Origin: Bacillota bacterium
Lineage (GTDB): Bacteria; Bacillota; Clostridia; Peptostreptococcales; Anaerovoracaceae
NCBI GenBank assembly: GCA_016287035.1
Contig: JAEEVI010000018.1
Coordinates: 1-26,706, forward strand
Length of the DNA stretch: 26,706 nt
Reading direction: 5' to 3'
The notes beneath the pieces were generated by a model that did not search any database, had not been told where the DNA came from, and saw nothing but the letters and a program-made list of their open reading frames with translations. The translations under genes were made by a program, and so were the position numbers. Positions 8,636 through 15,730 of this stretch are shown one piece after another (the stretch's first letter is position 1; each line of letters begins with the position of its first letter).

Positions 8636-10270
8636 CTATTCGTTCGGATACGGCTCCAGGAACGCGTGGAAATGGCGCATGGGCAGTTCTCTTCCCATCG
8701 TTATCCTCATGTTCGGGATGCTCTCCCTGTCCTCGTAGAGCGCCTTTACGGCGGCGATCACGTAGTCGAGATGCTCTTTCGTGTACATGGAGCGGTTGAC
8801 CGCGAAGCGCACGACGTTGCAGACCTCGGCCTGCTGCTCGGGGGTCTTGAGATCGTATTCCATGGAATAGTCGCCGAGCTCCGAGACTCTTATGCCGTAG
8901 CGGCGTATCAGCTCGAGCGAGAAACCCTCTCCCGCGAAGCTCTCGTGGGAGCGCTTTCCGTCAAAGAACTCGTCCATGTTTATGTAGACGCCGTGTCCGC
9001 CGGCGGGGAGCACCACGCCCTTTACGCCTGCCTTGTAGAAGCCCTGCGCGAGGTATTCGCACTGCGAGACTCTCGCGTCGAGGTAATCGTAATCGCAGCA
9101 TTCGTAAAGGCCGGCGGCCAGAGCCATGATGTCTCTTCCGGACATGCCGCCGTAGGAGTCGTTCCCGTAGCAGGATATCTGCTTCACCTTCAGCAGTATG
9201 CCAACGTCCGTCTTTACGGAGCCGTCTTCGTTGAAATCCGAGAAGTTCTTCCAGAACCAGCCCCTGTCGCGGAACGCGAGGATGCCGCCCATGTTGGCGT
9301 GGCCGTCCTTCTTGAGAGACGCCGTGAATCCGTCGCAGTAGCTGAAGAGCTCCTTCGCGATGACGGGGATCGACTTGTCCCTGTAGCCTTCCTCGTACGT
9401 CTTGATGAAGTAGCAGTTCTCCGCCCAGCGCGCCGCGTCGAGCATGTACGGGATGCCGTATTTATGCGCTATGCGGCTGCATTCCCTGATGTTCGCCATA
9501 GAGACGGGCTGACCGCAGACAGTGTTGTTCGTTATCGTCGTGTATACGAGGGGGACGTTTTCGGGCCCGAGCGTCTCGATCAGCTGCTCGAGCTTCTTCG
9601 TGTCCATATTGCCCTTGAAGGGGTTCGTCGCGTACTTTCCGCCCTCCGGCACCTCGAAGAGGAGCTCCTTGTTGTAGAGGTTCCTGGGGATCGAGCCCAT
9701 CTGCTTTATGTTGCCCTCGGTCGTGTCGAAATGGCCGTTCGAGGGTATAGTATAAGCCTTGCCGGGCGTCCTTTTCCCGAGTATGTTCCTCACCATCTCG
9801 AAGAGCACGGACTCGGCGGCCCTTCCCTGCTGGATGATGAATGTATTCGGTCTTTCGAGCTGCGCGGCGCCGCCGTTGAACAGCCCTCCCTCGTATTCGC
9901 ACAGGTACACCTCGTCGAGCATCTTGTCGATGTCGGTGCAGTTCGTGCGGACGAGATCTATTATCCTCTTCTGATCGTCGCCTCTTTCGAAGCAGTCCCT
10001 GAGGGCGTCCAAAAGGACGTAATATCCCTTGTTGCGCCCGTACGATTCGTCTCCGAGGAACAACGCGGACCACTGAACGTCCGTCATTGCGGTCGTGCCG
10101 GAATCCGACAGCATATCGACCGTAAGAAGGCCCGCGGGAAATGCGAATTCGTTGTAATGCGTGGCTTTGAGGGCTCTCTCCCTCTGCTCGACCGTTACCT
10201 TGGGGATATTTCTGGTGACATAGGTAAAAGACTGGGGCGTTTTCACGTCCAGTTTATATTCGGTGCTCAT
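8636..10270 (-). CDS. Tryptophanase / tyrosine phenol-lyase family PLP beta-eliminating lyase, long form (544 aa)
   Basis: DMLSDSGT, GDESY (catalytic Tyr), QGRAAE, HFDTT, DAARWAEN, SLKKD (PLP Lys), GGH and the C-terminal RHF. Start reset to ATG 10270, which has an AAGGAGGT RBS. Confidence 0.88.
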   Translation of the reverse strand: MSTEYKLDVKTPQSFTYVTRNIPKVTVEQRERALKATHYNEFAFPAGLLTVDMLSDSGTTAMTDVQWSALFLGDESYGRNKGYYVLLDALRDCFERGDDQKRIIDLVRTNCTDIDKMLDEVYLCEYEGGLFNGGAAQLERPNTFIIQQGRAAESVLFEMVRNILGKRTPGKAYTIPSNGHFDTTEGNIKQMGSIPRNLYNKELLFEVPEGGKYATNPFKGNMDTKKLEQLIETLGPENVPLVYTTITNNTVCGQPVSMANIRECSRIAHKYGIPYMLDAARWAENCYFIKTYEEGYRDKSIPVIAKELFSYCDGFTASLKKDGHANMGGILAFRDRGWFWKNFSDFNEDGSVKTDVGILLKVKQISCYGNDSYGGMSGRDIMALAAGLYECCDYDYLDARVSQCEYLAQGFYKAGVKGVVLPAGGHGVYINMDEFFDGKRSHESFAGEGFSLELIRRYGIRVSELGDYSMEYDLKTPEQQAEVCNVVRFAVNRSMYTKEHLDYVIAAVKALYEDRESIPNMRITMGRELPMRHFHAFLEPYPNE

Positions 10271-10375
10271 AAATACTGACCTCCTTAAATCAGATTTACG
10301 TCTCATTTAAGAAGATACCCCGGTCGTCGATCCCGGGAGCGGGCCCGGGCGTCGCCTGGCGGACAGTATCGTTTC

Positions 10376-11092
10376 CTAATGTTTGTTGTAAGAATCGAAA
10401 TCGAAAAGCAGCGAGCCTACGTGCTTCTCCGACAGCTCCGCGGCCGTCTTCGTGTCCGAGCGCTTTATGGCGTCGAATATCGCCTTGTGCTCCGCTCTCA
10501 TGCGGTCGCGCTTGTCCTTGCTGAAGTCCCAGAGACCGCTCTCGGAGATGCTCACTACCGAATAATAGTTGATCCTCCTGCGCGAAGGATCGATCTGATC
10601 GTACGCTTTCAAAAGGAACATGTTCCCGGACGCCGCGTAAATGGCGCGGTGGAAGTTGCTGTCTGCCTCCAGGAACGTTTCGGCGTCGTCGGAGGCGCAT
10701 TCCGCTATGAAGCGGCGCATAACGTCCAGGTCTTCCTTGGTATACCTGTCCGCGGCGAGCGACGCGGCTATCGGATCGATCCTGCGCCTGAACTCGTGCA
10801 GCTGGGTATACTGGGCTCTCGTGAGCGGAACGACCCTCATGCTCCTCCCGCTCAGCTCCACGAGCCCGTCGCGGACGAGTATGTCCACGGCGTTCCGTAT
10901 CGTCGTGCGGCTCACGCCGCAGGCCTGTGAGAGCTCGAGCTCCTTGAACCTCTCGCCCGGCACGAGCCGGCATGATATTATCTCGCGCTTCAGGCATTCC
11001 CTTACCACCATGTAAAGCGGCATCATCGGGTTCTTCTTCTGCAGGAGCTCTATCTCTCTGCTCCTGTCGCGGTAAACGTCATGCTGGCTCAT
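10376..11092 (-). CDS. GntR family transcriptional regulator (wHTH plus FCD domain)
   Basis: GERFKELELSQACGVSRTTIRNA helix-turn-helix and FCD motifs DSNFHRAI, SGN and EH. Start is 11092 or 11098. Confidence 0.92.
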   Translation of the reverse strand: MSQHDVYRDRSREIELLQKKNPMMPLYMVVRECLKREIISCRLVPGERFKELELSQACGVSRTTIRNAVDILVRDGLVELSGRSMRVVPLTRAQYTQLHEFRRRIDPIAASLAADRYTKEDLDVMRRFIAECASDDAETFLEADSNFHRAIYAASGNMFLLKAYDQIDPSRRRINYYSVVSISESGLWDFSKDKRDRMRAEHKAIFDAIKRSDTKTAAELSEKHVGSLLFDFDSYNKH

Positions 11093-11115
11093 AACCATCC
11101 CTCCTCTGATAAAAC

Positions 11116-11154
11116 TGTATGACCTATTTTAACAAAGGACAGGGATCCGGGCAA
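11116..11154 (-). promoter_or_regulatory. Promoter of the GntR gene with a candidate autoregulatory GntR-type site
   Basis: Minus strand TTGCCC-N17-TAAAAT with extended TG. GGTCATACA (plus strand TGTATGACC, 11116-11124) follows immediately and fits the GntR-family GTM-N-KAC pattern. Confidence 0.5.
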
Positions 11155-11163
11155 TTATTCCTT

Positions 11164-12525
11164 TTAGAGTATATAGCCTGCGATCAGGAAGAGCGCGCAG
11201 GTGATCACGAACTGGATCAGCCTGTAGGGGACGAGCGCCTTCGAGGTCTCTACCGGGTCTACGCCCATAGCGGAAGACGGAAGGATAACGCTGTCGGATA
11301 CCGGCGAGAACAGATCTCCGAAGTGGGATCCGCTGATTATCGCGCCTACCGTGAGAGGGATGGAGATCCCGGAGGAGAGCGCGAGAGGAACTGCCAGCGG
11401 GAACACTATGACGGCGGAGGCGCTGAGCGAGCCCGTCGGATAGGAGATGAGGCAGCAGACGATGAAAGCGATCATCGGGATGAGCTTTCCGGAGAAGCTG
11501 TTGCCGAGCAGTCCGATGACATAGGTCGAGAAGCCCAGAGCGCTTACTACCTGGCCGAAAGTGAACGCGAACAGCAGGATGAGGAATACCATCGCTACCT
11601 GGCGGAAGCCGGCCGCGAACGCGCCCATGGACGCTCCGAACTTGACTCTGCCTCTGCAGATGCCGTAGATGACGGATACTACAGTTCCGATGAAGATACC
11701 TACGGTGACTACGAGCTTTCCGGCGAGCAGGGAGAAGAGAGGGATAGCGATGATGAGGCACGCGAACGGAACTACGAGAGCGTAGATGTCGGATACGACT
11801 TCGTCGCCGCCGAGAGTCTCGAGAGCTTCCTTCTGAGCCTGCGCTATCGCCTCGGCGGAGCTTTCATCGCTCGACTTTCTCTTGAGTATGCCCAGATCGG
11901 GGATAAGTCCGTACGCGTAAAGTCCCGCGGTGAGCACGGATACGATCGCGAAGAACTGGAACGGGATCGCCTGGACGAAGATCGTGTAGCCGTCAAAGCC
12001 CTGATCGGGAACGGCGGAAACGATGAGTCCGGAGAAGAAGAGGATGTAGTTGGTGATCGGCAGCATCGAGGACATCGCGTTGATGACGGACGTGCAGATC
12101 ATCGGGACCTTTACCTCGTTCATCTTGTTCTGGATCGTGGGGACCTTCATTACCCTGGGGATGGTGAGGCTTCCAAGGTTGGTCGCGATCGAGAAGAGCA
12201 TCGAGAACCAGAAGGTGTAGATGAGCGTCTGCTTGGGCGTATTCACCTTCTTCTGGCACCATTCCGCGAACGCCTTGAATCCTCCGGAGCGCTTTACGAA
12301 CTCGAGCATTATGCCGATGAGGATCATGCAGATAAGTACGTTCGTGTTGCTCTTGAAGCCGTTCGTCATGTACTCATCGACGATGGGCGGGATGAAGCCC
12401 GCGGGGCCGTTGATTATGAACGAACCGAGGACGATGCCCGCGAACAGCGAGATTATGATGTTCTTGGTCCACAGAGCGAGTACGATAGTTAGGATCGGAG
12501 GGATCACTGATAAAATAGTACCCAT
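11164..12525 (-). CDS. NhaC-family transporter (putative amino-acid permease)
   Basis: N-terminal LSVIPPILTIVLALWTKNIIISL, SYPTGS and GSHFGDLFSPVSDS motifs; polytopic membrane protein. Confidence 0.82.
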   Translation of the reverse strand: MGTILSVIPPILTIVLALWTKNIIISLFAGIVLGSFIINGPAGFIPPIVDEYMTNGFKSNTNVLICMILIGIMLEFVKRSGGFKAFAEWCQKKVNTPKQTLIYTFWFSMLFSIATNLGSLTIPRVMKVPTIQNKMNEVKVPMICTSVINAMSSMLPITNYILFFSGLIVSAVPDQGFDGYTIFVQAIPFQFFAIVSVLTAGLYAYGLIPDLGILKRKSSDESSAEAIAQAQKEALETLGGDEVVSDIYALVVPFACLIIAIPLFSLLAGKLVVTVGIFIGTVVSVIYGICRGRVKFGASMGAFAAGFRQVAMVFLILLFAFTFGQVVSALGFSTYVIGLLGNSFSGKLIPMIAFIVCCLISYPTGSLSASAVIVFPLAVPLALSSGISIPLTVGAIISGSHFGDLFSPVSDSVILPSSAMGVDPVETSKALVPYRLIQFVITCALFLIAGYIL

Positions 12526-12703
12526 TTTTTCTTTCCTTTCAACCTTTCAACTCTATAAATATGATTGCTGAAGAACGATAAGACCGCGCTGAACGGAATC
12601 GCGTTTCTGCAGTTTGAATGATATCACCGCGCCCGTGAATGTCGCTCGGAAAAAACAATAGAAACTTCCAATGTTTCGATTTTAAGACAAAAAAGCGGGC
12701 ATT

Positions 12704-12719
12704 TGTTTTCCGGAAAACA
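12704..12719. promoter_or_regulatory. Perfect 16-bp palindrome in the divergent promoter region (candidate operator)
   Basis: TGTTTTCCGGAAAACA equals its own reverse complement and lies just upstream of a CATAAT -10-like hexamer (12735-12740). Confidence 0.5.
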
Positions 12720-12839
12720 CAGACGCTGTTCATACATAATAATACAGGGCGAAGGACATATCCGCGCTGAACGGTACAAGCGCCCCGCGGCATCACTGTC
12801 GGGGGCATTCAAAGCCATTAGTTCTTTAAGGAGGAAAAA

Positions 12840-13220
12840 ATGGTAAAGTATTTAAAGGATATGCCATCAAAGCATTATGAGCACAACTGCGGCGGAGATC
12901 TTTACGTCGACGCGTGCAGGTTCCTCGAAGCCGACGAAGCTCTGCACGCGGGATCCTTCTTCGGAAGGGTCACGATGGTCCCCGGCTCCAGCGTCGGATA
13001 TCACGAGCAGAAGTGCAATCCCGACGGCGACCTCGAGGTGTACTACATCATAGAGGGCACCTATCTCGCGACTCTGAACGGAGAAGAGTCCACTCTCGGC
13101 CCCGGAGACGTTCTCGTATGCTATAATGGAGACTGGAACGGCCTCAAGAACATCGGAGACACGACCGGAACGGTCCTGGCGATGATCTTCTGCAGCCCCG
13201 ACAGAGAAAAAAAGGCATAG
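12840..13220 (+). CDS. Cupin domain protein
   Basis: PGSSVGYH...EVYYIIEG and LGPGDVL...GLKNIG cupin motifs 1 and 2; AAGGAGG RBS. Confidence 0.85.
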   Translation: MVKYLKDMPSKHYEHNCGGDLYVDACRFLEADEALHAGSFFGRVTMVPGSSVGYHEQKCNPDGDLEVYYIIEGTYLATLNGEESTLGPGDVLVCYNGDWNGLKNIGDTTGTVLAMIFCSPDREKKA

Positions 13221-13237
13221 AGAAAAGGAGTAAAGCT

Positions 13238-13615
13238 ATGAAGACACTTGTCAATTCCGAATACGCTCCCGCGGCGGCAGGCCCCTATTCGCACGCGATC
13301 GAAGCAAACGGCGTCGTATACGCCTCCGGACAGCTTCCGATCGATCTTGCGACAGGCCAGATCCCCGAAGGCATCGAAGCGCAGACAAAGGCCTCAATGA
13401 AGAACCTCGAGGAGGTCCTCAAGGCGGCGGGCTGCGGTCTCAACGACGTCGTAAAGACGACAGTCTTCCTCTCCGACATCAACAACTTCGGAGTCGTAAA
13501 CGGCCTTTACGCGGAATACTTCTCCGCGCCCTATCCCGCGCGTTCCTGCTACCAGGTGGCGGCTCTTCCCAAGGGAGCTCTCATCGAGGTCGAGGCGATC
13601 GCGGTAAAGCCCTGA
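13238..13615 (+). CDS. ridA: RidA-family reactive enamine/imine deaminase
   Basis: APAAAGPYSHA, SGQLP, PARS (catalytic Arg) and LPKGALIEVEAIA. Confidence 0.92.
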   Translation: MKTLVNSEYAPAAAGPYSHAIEANGVVYASGQLPIDLATGQIPEGIEAQTKASMKNLEEVLKAAGCGLNDVVKTTVFLSDINNFGVVNGLYAEYFSAPYPARSCYQVAALPKGALIEVEAIAVKP

Positions 13616-13658
13616 CGGGCACGGCGCCGGAAGACGCGCGCGCATCAAGCGACACATG

Positions 13659-13692
13659 AAAACAGTGCCGGACGATCGTCCGGCACTGTTTT
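13659..13692. terminator. Bidirectional intrinsic terminator between convergent ridA and the aminotransferase gene
   Basis: Perfect 34-bp palindrome AAAACAGTGCCGGACGATCGTCCGGCACTGTTTT with T-runs on both strands. Confidence 0.85.
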
Positions 13693-13707
13693 ATTATGAA
13701 TACTTTC

Positions 13708-14853
13708 TTACGCGGCCTTTTCAGCGAGGCAGCCGTGCGCGCGGAGGATCTCCTCCAGAGCGCTTACGAATCTGTCGGCGTTAGTCTCCGTGGCGTTGTA
13801 ACCCATGAGGCCAACGCGGAGGATCTTGCCCGCCATCGGTCCGAGACCCGCGCTGATGCTTATGCTGTAGTTGTCCCTGAGCTCCGAGATTATCTCCTTG
13901 TCGGTTATGCCTTCGGGAACGACGATGCAGTTGAGATCCGGAAGTCTGAACTCGGGAGCCACGAACAGTTCGAGGCCGATCCTTTCAAGCCCTTCCACGA
14001 GGCGCCTGTGCGCGGCCATATGCCTTGCGAAGCAGTTCTCCTTGCCCTCCTCGAGTATGTTGTACAGCGCCTGGTAAAGGCCGTACATCATGCTAATAGG
14101 CGCGGTGTGATGGTAGACCCTCGTCGCTCCCCTCCAGTAGTGGGTGAGCATGTTCATGTCGAGGTACCAGTTGGGCACCTTTGTCTTTCTGTTCTCTATG
14201 ACCTGCATCGCGGCGTCGCTGAAGGTTATCGGAGCGGCTCCCGGGGGGCAGGAAAGGCACTTCTGCGTGCCGCTGTAGGCGATGTCGGCGTGCCACTTGT
14301 CGACCTCTACGGGTATTCCGCCGAGGCTCGTGACGCAGTCGACGAGATAGAGGCTTCCGGCCTCGTGGACCATCCTGCCTATCTCCTCGACGGGGTTGCA
14401 TACGCCTGTCGAAGTCTCCGCGTGGACTATAGCCACGAGCTTGTAGTGATCCTGCTCGAGCAGCTCCTTTACCCTCGCCGGAACGACTGGCGTTCCCCAC
14501 TCGAACTCTTCCTTTGTGACCACCGCGCCGAGCCTGCTCGCTACGTCTTCCATGCGGTTGCCGAAAACGCCGTTCTCGAGCACGAGGACCTTGTCGCCCT
14601 TCTCTATGACGTTGACGAACGCGGCTTCCATTCCGATCGAACCTGTTCCGGACAGGGGGACCGTCACCTTGTTCTCGGTGCCGAAGAGCTCGCGCAGACC
14701 GTGCTTTATCTCCGCCATGATCTTGAGGAAATACGGATCGAGATGTCCGAGCACGTTGCGGGACATGGCGTGATACGTGTTGGGAGCCACGCCCGAGGGG
14801 CCGGCGCCGAGCAGAAGCAGGTTCTGAATGTCGTCAAGAAGATTCTGTTTCAT
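13708..14853 (-). CDS. Alanine/serine-glyoxylate aminotransferase, class V (AGXT/PucG-like)
   Basis: LLLGAGPS, SGTGSIGMEAA, HAETSTG, DCVTS, SGTQKCLSCPPG (PLP Lys), YHHTAP and RVGLMG. Start reset to ATG 14853 because the longer track ORF runs through the riboswitch. Confidence 0.9.
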   Translation of the reverse strand: MKQNLLDDIQNLLLLGAGPSGVAPNTYHAMSRNVLGHLDPYFLKIMAEIKHGLRELFGTENKVTVPLSGTGSIGMEAAFVNVIEKGDKVLVLENGVFGNRMEDVASRLGAVVTKEEFEWGTPVVPARVKELLEQDHYKLVAIVHAETSTGVCNPVEEIGRMVHEAGSLYLVDCVTSLGGIPVEVDKWHADIAYSGTQKCLSCPPGAAPITFSDAAMQVIENRKTKVPNWYLDMNMLTHYWRGATRVYHHTAPISMMYGLYQALYNILEEGKENCFARHMAAHRRLVEGLERIGLELFVAPEFRLPDLNCIVVPEGITDKEIISELRDNYSISISAGLGPMAGKILRVGLMGYNATETNADRFVSALEEILRAHGCLAEKAA

Positions 14854-14925
14854 AATCAAATATTCCCTTTCCTTTTTCGGACGGTCTCCCGTCCTAAGCC
14901 ATTGCCAGCGGATCCGGTGCCCGAT

Positions 14926-14966
14926 AAATAAAAAAGTCTGTTCGTGCACATGCACGCGAACAGACT
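14926..14966 (-). terminator. Attenuator hairpin forming the expression platform of the glycine riboswitch
   Basis: AGTCTGTTCG (14935-14944) and CGAACAGACT (14957-14966) form the stem, followed by UUUUUUAUUU in the transcript, about 75 nt before the start codon. Confidence 0.8.
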
Positions 14967-14995
14967 GCCCACAAAAATGGTATTTATCTAAGCAG

Positions 14996-15163
14996 CTCTG
15001 TCCTTTTGCCTGAGAGATTCGCATCTGCGCTTGCCCCTTCGGCACCCGTTTTTCAGGGATTCTCCAGAGTTCCATCAGCCTGCAGTCCTGTTCCTTCGGG
15101 AACGCCTGAGAGTTTTACTCCTTCGGCAGGCCTTTCGGCCGTTTTCCTGCAGACATCTACTGG
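14996..15163 (-). ncRNA. Tandem (two-aptamer) glycine riboswitch with leader-linker kink-turn
   Basis: Transcript reads CCA-GUA-GAU-GUCUGCAGGAAAA...GCCGAAGGAGUAAAACUCUCAGG...GGACUGCAGGC-UGA-UGGAA-CUCUGGAGAA...GCCGAAGGGGCAA...AUCUCUCAGGCAAAAGGACAGAG. Both aptamer cores and the k-turn elements are present. Confidence 0.95.
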
Positions 15164-15184
15164 TAATATTCAATTTACTGCATT

Positions 15185-15213
15185 AATATACCGCACACTT
15201 GCGGCGTTTGCAA
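15185..15213 (-). promoter_or_regulatory. Sigma70-type promoter driving the riboswitch-aminotransferase transcript
   Basis: Minus strand TTGCAA-N17-TATATT, about 20 nt upstream of the riboswitch 5' end. Confidence 0.7.
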
Positions 15214-15232
15214 CACCTTTTTTGAAAATATT

Positions 15233-15724
15233 TCAGGAGCTTTTTCCGGAGGCGTCCTGTTCCGCCTGGCGCAGCCTCTGCGCCCTGCGTTCTTCGGCCA
15301 TCCTCCACTCCTGCCGCTCCTCATCGCTCGTAAGGATAAGCCTGGGAAGCCTGTGCGGCCTGTCGTCGTCGCCCATTCCGACCATCGTGAGGTACGCTAT
15401 ATTTATGAGCTCGCGGCTGCCGTCGATATGCTCGACGTAGCTCTCGACCTTTACCTCCATAGACGCGTTCCCGACGTACGTGACCTTCCCCGAGACTATG
15501 ACCGTATCCTTTATGTAGGCCCCCTTGAGGAACCTGAGGTTCTCTATAGTGCCGGTCGTGACGTTCATCTGCGCGTGGCGCCTTCCGACTATCCCCGCGG
15601 TCTCGTCGATCCACCTGAGGAGCACGCCTCCGAACAGCCTTCCGGAATCGTTGAGGTCTCCGGCCATCACTATATGGCACGTCTCCGCCATGGATTCGGC
15701 CACAGTCTTATCTCTCGGCTCCAT
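15233..15724 (-). CDS. HotDog-fold acyl-CoA thioesterase (YciA-like)
   Basis: DLNDSGRLFGGVLLRWID, VTYVGNASMEV and AYLTMV motifs. Confidence 0.88.
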   Translation of the reverse strand: MEPRDKTVAESMAETCHIVMAGDLNDSGRLFGGVLLRWIDETAGIVGRRHAQMNVTTGTIENLRFLKGAYIKDTVIVSGKVTYVGNASMEVKVESYVEHIDGSRELINIAYLTMVGMGDDDRPHRLPRLILTSDEERQEWRMAEERRAQRLRQAEQDASGKSS

Positions 15725-15730
15725 AAAACG

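Noticed and set aside
8666-10279. 537-aa plus-strand ORF antisense to the lyase, and similar long shadow ORFs (1088-2074, 4586-5593, 11119-12492, 13696-14931, 15353-16408, 22464-23783, 25222-26328)
   Set aside because: They lie opposite well-supported genes and show no recognisable motifs. They are expected in GC-rich DNA where TTA, CTA and TCA codons are rare on the coding strand.
10271-10375. tnaC-like Trp leader peptide upstream of the lyase
   Set aside because: The only upstream ATG (10306) is in frame with the lyase, encodes no Trp and lies upstream of the real RBS.
14854-15075. 74-aa N-terminal extension of the class V aminotransferase in the ORF track
   Set aside because: It runs through the riboswitch and terminator. 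The family-like sequence and RBS begin at ATG 14853. Track starts at 8581, 10306, 19229 and 19936 were trimmed for similar reasons.
5687-15207. Identical 11-mer ACTTGCGGCGT at 5687-5697 and 15197-15207
   Set aside because: Different positions relative to promoters, not palindromic, and an 11-bp match is plausible by chance in 27 kb.
15218-15237. CodY-like box upstream of the riboswitch promoter
   Set aside because: Best alignment has four mismatches to AATTTTCWGAAAATT; more simply an AT-rich UP element.
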